Assembly (NCBI RefSeq): GCF_000009705.1
Contig: NC_003272.1
Location: 5,430,001 to 5,462,000 of the forward strand
Direction: 5' to 3'
DNA: 32,000 bases
Origin: Nostoc sp. PCC 7120 = FACHB-418
GTDB taxonomy: Bacteria > Cyanobacteriota > Cyanobacteriia > Cyanobacteriales > Nostocaceae
The notes under the pieces are model-generated. The model made no database searches. It worked only from the letters and a program-made list of their open reading frames with translations, and was not told the DNA's origin. The translations under genes were made by a program, and so were the position numbers. Within the stretch, counting starts at the first letter, position 1; each line of letters opens with the position of its first letter. This document shows, piece by piece, positions 17,615-26,133 of the stretch.

Positions 17615-17754
17615 TCCATAGCCAATAATCAATAGTTAACAATTCATAGACTAATGAGTAATGGCCATCTACCAATAACTAATGACTATGAAATTAGTTT
17701 ATGCTGGAAAGAGTGAAAGATTAAGAAAGTTTAAATTTTGCTCCCAGTGTACTC

Positions 17755-18627
17755 ATGCAATGTATTGTAAATCGCCGCGCTCAGTTTTCGGCTAGCCATC
17801 GCTATTGGTTGCCAGAACTGAGTGAAGCCGAGAATATTGAAAAATTTGGTGCTTGCTCTCGATTTCCTGGGCATGGACACAACTACGTCATATTTATCTC
17901 CCTGGCTGGAGAACTAGATGAATATGGCATGGTGTTGAACTTGTCTGATGTGAAACAAGTAATCAAGCGGGAAGTTACCAGCCAACTGGACTTTTCCTAT
18001 CTCAACGATGTCTGGGCAGAATTTGGGCAGACTTTGCCGACGACAGAAAATATCGCACGGGTTATCTGGCAGCGACTAGCTCCTCACTTACCTTTAGTCC
18101 GCGTGCAGTTATTTGAACATCCTGAACTTTGGGCAGATTATCAAGGAAACGGAATGGAAGCTTACCTCACTATCAGCACTCACTTTAGCGCCGCCCATCG
18201 GCTGGCTCATCCCAATCTTAGCCAAGAAGACAACACAGAAATTTATGGTAAATGTGCGCGTCCCCACGGTCACGGACACAACTATCATTTAGAAGTGACA
18301 GTCAAAGGCGAGATTGATCCACGCACCGGTATGATTGTCGATTTAGGTGCTTTGAATCAGGCGATTGAAGATTATGTTGTGGAACCATTTGACCACACAT
18401 TTTTGAATAAAGATATTCCTTACTTTGCTGAGGTTGTGCCAACGGCTGAGAATATCGCTCTATACATTAGTAACTTACTGCGATCGCCCATCCAAGAATT
18501 AGGAGCCAAACTTTACAAAGTTAAGCTGATAGAAAGTCCCAATAACTCCTGTGAAATATACAGCACAGATTCAGAATCGAACACTGTCAACGCAGCAAAA
18601 CCAGAACCAATTTTAGCGCGGATCTAA
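17755..18627 (+). CDS. Tandem (duplicated) 6-pyruvoyl-tetrahydropterin synthase / QueD-like protein
   Basis: The 290-aa ORF has two PTPS-like halves. Half 1 has 'FSASHRYW', 'GACSRFPGHGHNY', 'TTENIARVIW'. Half 2 has 'FSAAHRL', 'GKCARPHGHGHNYHLEV', 'PFDHTFLNKD', 'TAENIALYI'. Confidence 0.85.
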   Translation: MQCIVNRRAQFSASHRYWLPELSEAENIEKFGACSRFPGHGHNYVIFISLAGELDEYGMVLNLSDVKQVIKREVTSQLDFSYLNDVWAEFGQTLPTTENIARVIWQRLAPHLPLVRVQLFEHPELWADYQGNGMEAYLTISTHFSAAHRLAHPNLSQEDNTEIYGKCARPHGHGHNYHLEVTVKGEIDPRTGMIVDLGALNQAIEDYVVEPFDHTFLNKDIPYFAEVVPTAENIALYISNLLRSPIQELGAKLYKVKLIESPNNSCEIYSTDSESNTVNAAKPEPILARI

Positions 18628-18693
18628 TTGATTCACTGTTTCCGGGATGTAGAAAACTTCCTGTGGTGAGAATACAAACCAAAATCAAGTAAT

Positions 18694-18728
18694 GTGAGTC
18701 TCCAACTTCGCCTGAGTTGGAGACTCAC
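18694..18728. terminator. Hairpin between convergent genes (possible bidirectional terminator)
   Basis: gtgagtctccaact (18694-18707) and agttggagactcac (18715-18728) form a perfect 14-bp stem. The flanking U-tracts are weak (gttta on +). Confidence 0.55.
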
Positions 18729-18747
18729 GTTTATGCAAAGTTTACTA

Positions 18748-19800
18748 CTAAGTAAACTCTATAGTTTCTACAAACCCTAAAATGTTTTCTTTAATGTTCT
18801 TAGCTTCTTCTTCAATAGAAGTAGGAGTATCTCCATTGAAAAAGCTACGCTGGTTGCTAACTATATACAAAAAATCATCTTTAATAAAGGAAATCAAACC
18901 TCGATAGGCGTTCAATCTAGTAATAGTGCCGTTGTTTTCCGCTTGGGAAATTGTTGAGCCATTAGGCATATCTACCAGGGCATAATAATAGCCTAGTGTC
19001 TCGTTTTCTTGATATTCTGTATGCTTAATTTCCGCATTGGGTATATTACTCAAAATCGCCTGGGGTACATACTTTTCAACCATGATTGAGCGGAGATATT
19101 CTTGTTTTTCTGTAGAGTCAAGTTCCTCTAATTGCTCTGGAGGTATGGGATAGTAATCAATTCTTAATAAAGTGCCGAAGTCATCTGAGAAACCAACCAC
19201 ACCTTCTTGACTTTGAATTTTTCCCCCTTGTTCGGCATCAACGGGAATGGGTACAGTGAAGTTACCCAAGGGTGATTCGTATACCTCATCAGAGTAGTTT
19301 TCTACTGTGAGAATATCGTCTTCTTCATCTAAGTAATCTTCATTTTCTAAATCTTGGAAGGCTGCTGTTACCTCTTGGATGATTTCTTGGGCTTCGTCCT
19401 CTTCCAGTTTTAATGCTAGCTGAAGCTTTTTCAGATAAGCCTGTTTCTTTTGGGGAACTACTAGTTGTTCTTCGTCTAGGAGTATAATCACCCCAGCTGC
19501 AAAACCATCCCAAACTAATTCATCGGTAAGAGCCTTACTCGCTGCATTAAATAAAGCCCCCACTTCCTCATCTTCGGCAATGGCTATGAGTTCATCAACC
19601 GTTTCAATAATTTCATCTTCTGAATATTCAGCGAAAACCTCAAATTCCCAAAGTATGCCGGCGATACTTTCTGCATCTATCTCTTCAATATTAGAATCGG
19701 CAATGGCGGTAACGACTGCGATCGCCGCAACGGCTTCTTCCGGGCTGAGTGATTCTTCTATCGTCTTTTTTGAGTTAAAGACCTGATCATAACTAGTCAT
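18748..19800 (-). CDS. Highly acidic protein with a TerB-like N-terminal half and an unassigned beta-rich C-terminal half
   Basis: 350-aa ORF. The N-terminal half 'EEAVAAIAVVTAIADSNIEEIDAESIAGIL...DEIIETVDELIAIAEDEEVGALFNAASKAL..DGFAAGVIILLDEEQLVVPQKKQAYLKKLQLALKLEEDEAQEIIQEV' resembles the TerB/tellurite-resistance-like helical fold. This is my judgement only. The C-terminal 170 aa are unrecognised. Confidence 0.55.
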   Translation of the reverse strand: MTSYDQVFNSKKTIEESLSPEEAVAAIAVVTAIADSNIEEIDAESIAGILWEFEVFAEYSEDEIIETVDELIAIAEDEEVGALFNAASKALTDELVWDGFAAGVIILLDEEQLVVPQKKQAYLKKLQLALKLEEDEAQEIIQEVTAAFQDLENEDYLDEEDDILTVENYSDEVYESPLGNFTVPIPVDAEQGGKIQSQEGVVGFSDDFGTLLRIDYYPIPPEQLEELDSTEKQEYLRSIMVEKYVPQAILSNIPNAEIKHTEYQENETLGYYYALVDMPNGSTISQAENNGTITRLNAYRGLISFIKDDFLYIVSNQRSFFNGDTPTSIEEEAKNIKENILGFVETIEFT

Positions 19801-20334
19801 AAGTGTTACCTCTAGCGAAACGCGAGTTTACACAAAACTGGAGACTCCTATAACAATAGGAAGAAGAAAACGGGCTTTTCATCTACAATGTTTGGTATTT
19901 GTCCAAACATCGCAAATCATTATTACCATAACTTTGTTATTTGAGCATCTAGCAATTGAATTATTTTTATTAATAAACTGTGATCTTTTAGTTGGATATT
20001 TACCTATATTTACAAAGCGATCGCTCTGAAATTAATCTTTCTTGCAGAGAATATTAGTAATTAGCCATCAATCAACTTGATTAGATGAAGAAATACAAGT
20101 AGAACGAATTGAAGAAAACAAACCATGTTAGGTGATGTAAAAATACTAAAATTTAGTCCTGACTACGAACTAAAGTTCTCACTACAAACCTTTAATTATT
20201 TACCCAGTTCTACTTAGATAAAAAAGTAGAAGGAGACAATACTAAAAATTTTTAGCCTTTCCCCTTCTAGCTTTTAATCAGATAGTAATCTTAAATAGTC
20301 AAGCTCAATTGAAACCCTGACTAATCAACAAAGC

Positions 20335-21576
20335 CTAATCAGCACTATTTTCGCCCATAGCCTTTCCTGCCAAGTAACCTGTTGTCCAAGCACTTTGAAA
20401 ATTAAATCCACCAGTAACACCGTCAATATCCAAAATCTCTCCAGCAAAGTAGAGATTTGGCACAATTTTACTTTCCATTGTTTTGAAATTAATTTCCTTT
20501 AGATTCACACCACCACAGGTGACAAATTCTTCTTTAAAGACTCCTTTACCACTAATTAGGTATTGCCCTTGAGTGAGTTCTTGAACTAGCAGATTTAGGG
20601 TTTTATTGGATAACTCTGCCCAGCGTTCATCTGTAGTGATGCCGACACGAGCAATGATATATTGCCAAAGACGGTGCGGTAAATCAACACCACGATGTAA
20701 AGCGATCGCTCGCTTTCCCCATTCATTTTTTATGGCCAGGATATTTTGCCGTACTTGTTCTTGAGAAAAATCTGGCAACCAATTAACTAATAAGGTTGCT
20801 TGATAATGTTTGTCGTGTAGCAATCTTGCACCCCAAGCAGAAAGCTTGAGGACAGCCGGGCCACTTAAGCCCCAATGAGTGATTAACAATGGGCCAGTTT
20901 GTTCCAGTGGTGATGCACCATCAGCACATAACCGCAACCGCGCCGGGTTAACGCTAATACCTGCTAACGCCCGCAACTTAGCTTCAGAAATATTAAAGGT
21001 AAATAGTGATGGGACTGGCGATTCAATATGATGTCCCAATTCTTGAGCTATTTGATAGCCCACACGACTGCTACCCGTAGCTAATAATAGGCGATCGCAC
21101 TTGATGATCTTTCCCGACCTGCAAAAAATCTCAAACTGACTCCCCTGTGACTGTTTAATTGATGCAACAGCCGTTCCCGTTAATATTTCCACCCCTGTGG
21201 CTGTGGCTGCGTTCATCAAACAGTCCACAATCGTTTCCGAACTGTCTGTGATGGGAAACATCCGCCCATCAGCTTCAGTTTTCAACCGCACACCTTGGGT
21301 CGCAAACCAATCTACTGTATCTTGAGCCTGAAAACGTGCGAAAGCTCCCCGCAAAGCTTTACCACCTCTGGGGTAATACTGCACTAACTCATTTGCATCA
21401 AAACAAGCATGAGTAACATTACAACGCCCACCGCCAGAAACACTCACTTTCGCCAGTGTTTGACGACTGGCTTCAATTAACGTAACTTCTGCTTGGGGGT
21501 TGACTCTAGCACAAGCGATCGCACCAAAGAATCCTGCGGCACCGCCGCCAACAACTACAATTTTTGAAGGTAGCAA
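20335..21576 (-). CDS. HI0933/YhiN (BaiN-like) family FAD-dependent oxidoreductase
   Basis: 413-aa ORF from a TTG. It has the N-terminal dinucleotide fold 'KIVVVGGGAAGFFGAIACA', 'SGGGRCNVTH', 'HWGLSGPAVLKLSAWG', and the C-terminal 'LYFAGEILDIDGVTGGFNFQSAWTTGYLAG', all typical of this flavoprotein family. Confidence 0.85.
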   Translation of the reverse strand: MLPSKIVVVGGGAAGFFGAIACARVNPQAEVTLIEASRQTLAKVSVSGGGRCNVTHACFDANELVQYYPRGGKALRGAFARFQAQDTVDWFATQGVRLKTEADGRMFPITDSSETIVDCLMNAATATGVEILTGTAVASIKQSQGSQFEIFCRSGKIIKCDRLLLATGSSRVGYQIAQELGHHIESPVPSLFTFNISEAKLRALAGISVNPARLRLCADGASPLEQTGPLLITHWGLSGPAVLKLSAWGARLLHDKHYQATLLVNWLPDFSQEQVRQNILAIKNEWGKRAIALHRGVDLPHRLWQYIIARVGITTDERWAELSNKTLNLLVQELTQGQYLISGKGVFKEEFVTCGGVNLKEINFKTMESKIVPNLYFAGEILDIDGVTGGFNFQSAWTTGYLAGKAMGENSAD

Positions 21577-21712
21577 TTTTCCAACTTTCTTTTCTAGATC
21601 ACCTACTTTCTAGGCTAGTACAGCACGGTGGAAATAAATTTCCCATTGTCAATCTTTCAAAACCTCTGGACACAAGATTTTGAATTTTGCGTAGCGGTTA
21701 TCGTAGTTATTT

Positions 21713-21877
21713 TTACAAATCTGCTGGTTCAAATAAATCTTTTGTCGCACCGCAAACCGGACACACCCAGTCTTCCGGGATCTCCTCAAAGGACGTAGCC
21801 GCAGCTATACCGCCATCTGGATCACCAACTTCTGGATCATACTCATAGCCGCAAACAGTACATACATGAGTTACCAT
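21713..21877 (-). CDS. Rubredoxin
   Basis: 54 aa from the ATG at 21877: [54 protein letters not shown]. It has both CxxCG knuckles. The longer track ORF (to 21931) adds 18 non-rubredoxin residues and is probably not translated. Confidence 0.9.
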   Translation of the reverse strand: MVTHVCTVCGYEYDPEVGDPDGGIAAATSFEEIPEDWVCPVCGATKDLFEPADL

Positions 21878-22102
21878 AATCTTCCCCTGAATGATTACTA
21901 GAATGGCTTTTACTATACAAGTAGCGGTCAAAAGAAAAATCTACAATCGAACATAAAAATGTTTCATCTTCTAGCCTTTTGTTTCCCCATAGAGGATTTA
22001 TCAGCCTCAAGTCTGGCATTATTAAAATAATTGGTGTCAATTTATACTATTTTAATTTTTTTTAGTCGTTATACTCATTTCTAGGTTCTACCTGGGAAAT
22101 CT

Positions 22103-22186
22103 GAAGTGGCTTTGCCACTTCTTTTTATGAGTGCAATTGCCTGACTGAAAAAAGTAAAAAGTCATGATAGATAACTTTTTACTTTT
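22103..22186. terminator. Two hairpins between the Rieske gene and the rubredoxin gene
   Basis: gaagtggc/gccacttc (22103-22121) is a perfect 8-bp stem followed by T5 on the + strand. aaaagtaaaaagt/actttttactttt (22150-22186) is a perfect 13-bp A/T stem with flanking T runs immediately 3' of the Rieske stop on the - strand. Confidence 0.4.
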
Positions 22187-22195
22187 TATCTTTTT

Positions 22196-23287
22196 TTAAT
22201 CGTTAGTCAATTCATCTCGCCATTTCGTTTGAGTTTCCTTCACCTCTGTCTCAGGCGATCGCGCCAACAGCCAAGTCTTCCACATCAAAGGTTTTTGCAG
22301 TTCCACATGATTGATTAACTGCATAATCGATTGATCTACTTTGATGGGATTTTTTAAATTAAACTGTATAGTCTGCAAAATATTTCTCTCATCACTGATT
22401 AATTCCTGCACCAGAGAATTACTCAGCCATAACATCAAACGATTAAACAACCAACCAAATAGACCTTTACGTTGCTTGGTAAAAAATATAGTTTGTACTT
22501 CTACCTGTTCCCCTGGGATTAACCGCAAAGCCAACATAAGATAGCAACGACGTAAGTCTGTTCCTACGGTTAAAGTGAATGTACTGCCATACCAATAGCA
22601 AATACTATAAATAGGATTTTTGTATAGAGGACGAAAGACTTTTTTAAAGGGCAAATCATGGTGTTGTCGTTTATATTTACTAAAAATAATGGCATTTTGA
22701 TTTAATTCCTGTTTTTCAAAGCCAATATCTAAAACCTGGACTCCTTGAAAATATTGAGTATCAATAGTATTCAACATCATGAGATGAGGATGGCAATTTA
22801 TCACAAAACTAGAACCGAGAACAGCTTCATAGTCCTGAAACTCTAACTCTGGAACGAATGGTACAGATTCTCGTGGTATTTCTCCAGTCCAAATCCAAAT
22901 TATCCCGTACTTCTCCACCGTCGGCCAAGTTTTTAACTTGAGGGAAAGAGGTTCATCTAAACATGGAATCTCCACACATATTCCATCAGTATTAAATTTC
23001 CAGTGATGGAAAGCACAGCGTAATTCATTACCTTCAACAGTACCTTCACCCAAGTGAGCGCCCATGTGTGGACAGTAGGCATCACAAATAGCTACTTGTT
23101 GATCTTGACCGCGATAAATTACTAGTTTTCTACCTAAGAGAGTGATAGATTTAACTTCATTTATTCCTAAATTATTAGATGGTATTACCCAATACCATCC
23201 CTCAATAAAACGTTCTGAATTATTAAAAATTTTCGGTTTATGAGTAGCCTTGATATGCGGAGAGTTTGCATCCATTTGAGGTTTCAC
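22196..23287 (-). CDS. Rieske [2Fe-2S] domain protein with a divergent C-terminal domain
   Basis: 363-aa ORF from a GTG at 23287, with an alternative ATG at 23275. The Rieske ligands are 'CPHMGAHL' and 'CAFHHWKF'. The C-terminal about 220 aa are oxygenase-sized, but the expected E-N-x2-D-x2-H-x4-H region reads 'LNTIDTQYFQGVQ'. Confidence 0.8.
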   Translation of the reverse strand: MKPQMDANSPHIKATHKPKIFNNSERFIEGWYWVIPSNNLGINEVKSITLLGRKLVIYRGQDQQVAICDAYCPHMGAHLGEGTVEGNELRCAFHHWKFNTDGICVEIPCLDEPLSLKLKTWPTVEKYGIIWIWTGEIPRESVPFVPELEFQDYEAVLGSSFVINCHPHLMMLNTIDTQYFQGVQVLDIGFEKQELNQNAIIFSKYKRQHHDLPFKKVFRPLYKNPIYSICYWYGSTFTLTVGTDLRRCYLMLALRLIPGEQVEVQTIFFTKQRKGLFGWLFNRLMLWLSNSLVQELISDERNILQTIQFNLKNPIKVDQSIMQLINHVELQKPLMWKTWLLARSPETEVKETQTKWRDELTND

Positions 23288-23772
23288 TGACAGTGAAGCA
23301 TTTACCTTAGAAATAGCATGGATATATTCCCAAAACAGTTATTTTGAGTACTGGCTTAAATAACAAAATTCATGATTAAGTAAATCAGTGTAACCAAATT
23401 TAATTATGTCCTGGTGATCGCACACATTTTTGTAGAGATGATAGCTACGCACTCAAGTAAAAATCACAGATTAAAAAAAGAGTCTTTAAAGGCAAAAAAT
23501 CAGGATTGTGTGGAGTTTGGTATCATAATAAAAGAGCTTAAGTAAAATAGCTCTTGATTTCTGCAATATTCCCAACCCTACATCCTTACTCATTATTATT
23601 ATGTCTTACGACAGTAAAGTTATCTAGAAGTAGTAGGATGAAAGTATATAGTTATCGTTGCATTAGACGATAAGATTGGCTAATCCACAAGGTATATTAT
23701 GAGCAATGTTGGGCGAGAAGCTCACATAATTTTCTCATAATGCTCATGTGATTGATTTAACAGGAACCCCCT

Positions 23773-26133
23773 ATGGAACCAGGGTTAAGATTACTAATTC
23801 AACTAGTACTAGAGTTTGCTCCTGTGTTTGTCAATATCCTCCACAAAAGGAGCGAGGAAAGCCTAACCACAGCTAGATACCAAGTTCCCAACTTAATTCA
23901 AGGATTTATCGAAACTATCAATAATATCAATGACATTGATAATTCAAATAAGAGCCTTGAACAAGAAAAACTTTGGCAGCAGCAATTGGTGGCTTATCAA
24001 CGGGAAACACAAGCCCAAATTGCCAACCAACAGAGAGATACAGCGTTAAAGTTACCAGAAGTTAATAAAATCCTTGATAGCTGGCCTTTAAGGTTATATC
24101 CATCACAAATTTTAGAATCACATCATAGCTACGAGCGTAAACCTCTAAAAGTTTTTATTGCGCCTCCGAAGATCCATTTTGATAAATTTGATAACCACGT
24201 AGAGACTTATTCCGAAATTGAGCTAATGCTAGCGGAGGGTTTACGAGAGTTTATCAACGAAAATTACTCTCTCCACAGCCCCACAAGACCGATAGAATTT
24301 TTAGCAGGAGCCTGGGATAGTAAAAGATTTCATAGTGAATCAAGTATCAAAGCTTTGTTTGGGATGTTAAAAACAGAGCCAATATTAATTTTAGAGTCAG
24401 AAAATGATGGAGATTATTTAAATTTTCGTATTGCCTATTGGGGTTTGACTCAAGGAACATACTATTACAAAACAATTTCTCGCTTACCTTATAAAGAAAT
24501 TATTCAGAATTCTGCAAAGAATCGGGCTTTAGAGTGGAAGAAAGTTAGAGATGAACTGCTAGAAATAGGCGTAGATGTAGAGGAAATTAATGAATTCGGA
24601 AAAGATAACGTTTTTAATTTAGCAATTTTAGAGAAAGCAGAAAAATGGCAAGCACAGGGTATTGATATTAGTAAATTATCTTTACAGTATCGCGTCAGTC
24701 AGCAAGATATTGAACAACTTTGCCAAGTTTTAATCACTTGTCATTGTTTGGTTGCGGCTTGGGTAGCAGATATTTATCATCTGGGGAATCATGATATCCC
24801 TCCACTACTACCAGAGTTACTACCAAGTTTGCTCAAAAATGCGATTGATGTACAATCACTGCAAGCAATAGCCTCAAGTTACAAACAAGTTTACGAAGCT
24901 CTAGAAAAAGAAAGACTTTATTGGATACCAGAATTGTCCATGCAGTTAGCTCAGAGTTTATCCCATTTACCGGATACTTCTTGGGCGCAAGCAGAGGTTG
25001 ACTACTCCATAAACACATGGTTAGAACTGCGTCAAGTTTCATTACAGCAATTCACTAGTCCCTTGGAAGCGATGCAGTCAGTCGTCAAGATAGAAGACGA
25101 AGAATATATCCAAAAGCTCAGGGAATATTTCACAGTCATAGGCGATCGCCATAATCTACAATTTGTAGAGAAACTGCTAGAAGCGATCGCTACCCTCAAA
25201 TACAAACGCAGCCTAGAATACCCATACCTGACCAAAACAATCACAGGACATTCAGGTAAGGTCAAATCTGTAGCTATTAGCCCCGATGGCGAAGTTATAG
25301 TTAGTGGCTGTACAGATCAAACAGTTAATATCTGGAATTTGCAAACTGGTAAACTCATCCGCACTCTAACAGGTAATTTAGGCGAAGTTTCCTCCGTAGC
25401 CATCAGTCCTGACGGTAATTTTCTCGCCGTGGGTAGTGGTGTACATCCCAGAAGTAACGTCAAAGTCTGGCATTTAAAAACAGGTAAACTGCTGCATACC
25501 CTCTTAGGACATCAAAAACCTGTAAATGTAGTAGTTATCAGCCCAGACGGGCAAATTTTAGCTAGTGGTAGTAATAAAATTAAAATCTGGAATCTGCAAA
25601 AAGGTGATGGCGTTCCGCCCACCGTAGGCGATCGCATTTGCACCCTTTGGCATTCCTCAGCCGTTCACGCCATAGCCATTAGCCCTGATAGTACCATCCT
25701 CGCCAGTGGTAGTTCTGATAATAAAATCAGGCTGTGGAACCCCCGTACAGGCGACCCTTTACGCACCCTCAACAGTCATGATAACGAAGTAAAAGCGATC
25801 GCCATCAGTCGAGACGGACAATTTTTATTTAGCGGTAGCGCCGACACCACCATCAAAATTTGGCATTTAATTACAGGTCAAATTCTCCATACCCTCACAG
25901 GACACTCAGGCGATATTAAATCCCTCACAACCAGTCCTAATGGACAATTTTTATTTAGCGGTAGCGCCGACACCACCATCAAAATTTGGCGCATTTCCAC
26001 AGGCGAACTACTACACACCCTCACCGGACATTCAGCATCAGTCAATTCTGTAGCCATCAGTCCCGGTGGTAACCTCCTCGCCAGTGGTAGCGCTGATCAA
26101 ACCATCAAAATTTGGCAGATAGATAAAATCTAA
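23773..26133 (+). CDS. Multidomain protein: unassigned about 490-aa N-terminal region plus a C-terminal 7-bladed WD40 propeller
   Basis: 786-aa ORF. From about 25245 on there are seven 42-aa WD repeats (GHSGKVKSVAISPDGEVIVSGCTDQTVNIWNL.. through ..HSASVNSVAISPGGNLLASGSADQTIKIWQI). The N-terminus has a hydrophobic helix (LRLLIQLVLEFAPVFVNIL), then a Q-rich coiled coil, then an alpha/beta segment (KVFIAPPK.., IEFLAGAW, ILILESE, LNFRIAYWG), then a helical region. No P-loop (GxxxxGK[ST]) is seen. Confidence 0.85.
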   Translation: MEPGLRLLIQLVLEFAPVFVNILHKRSEESLTTARYQVPNLIQGFIETINNINDIDNSNKSLEQEKLWQQQLVAYQRETQAQIANQQRDTALKLPEVNKILDSWPLRLYPSQILESHHSYERKPLKVFIAPPKIHFDKFDNHVETYSEIELMLAEGLREFINENYSLHSPTRPIEFLAGAWDSKRFHSESSIKALFGMLKTEPILILESENDGDYLNFRIAYWGLTQGTYYYKTISRLPYKEIIQNSAKNRALEWKKVRDELLEIGVDVEEINEFGKDNVFNLAILEKAEKWQAQGIDISKLSLQYRVSQQDIEQLCQVLITCHCLVAAWVADIYHLGNHDIPPLLPELLPSLLKNAIDVQSLQAIASSYKQVYEALEKERLYWIPELSMQLAQSLSHLPDTSWAQAEVDYSINTWLELRQVSLQQFTSPLEAMQSVVKIEDEEYIQKLREYFTVIGDRHNLQFVEKLLEAIATLKYKRSLEYPYLTKTITGHSGKVKSVAISPDGEVIVSGCTDQTVNIWNLQTGKLIRTLTGNLGEVSSVAISPDGNFLAVGSGVHPRSNVKVWHLKTGKLLHTLLGHQKPVNVVVISPDGQILASGSNKIKIWNLQKGDGVPPTVGDRICTLWHSSAVHAIAISPDSTILASGSSDNKIRLWNPRTGDPLRTLNSHDNEVKAIAISRDGQFLFSGSADTTIKIWHLITGQILHTLTGHSGDIKSLTTSPNGQFLFSGSADTTIKIWRISTGELLHTLTGHSASVNSVAISPGGNLLASGSADQTIKIWQIDKI
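25816..25990 (+). repeat. Intragenic 49-nt perfect direct repeat, one WD unit (126 nt) apart
   Basis: ggacaatttttatttagcggtagcgccgacaccaccatcaaaatttggc occurs at 25816-25864 and again, identically, at 25942-25990. Both copies encode GQFLFSGSADTTIKIW. Confidence 0.9.

Noticed and set aside
21878-22040. An N-terminal extension of rubredoxin (track ORF to 21931) and the overlapping 65-aa ORF at 21843..22040.
   Set aside because: The rubredoxin fold starts at [14 protein letters not shown], and typical rubredoxins are about 54 aa. The extension is hydrophobic filler with no SD, and the 65-aa ORF is in another frame with no support.
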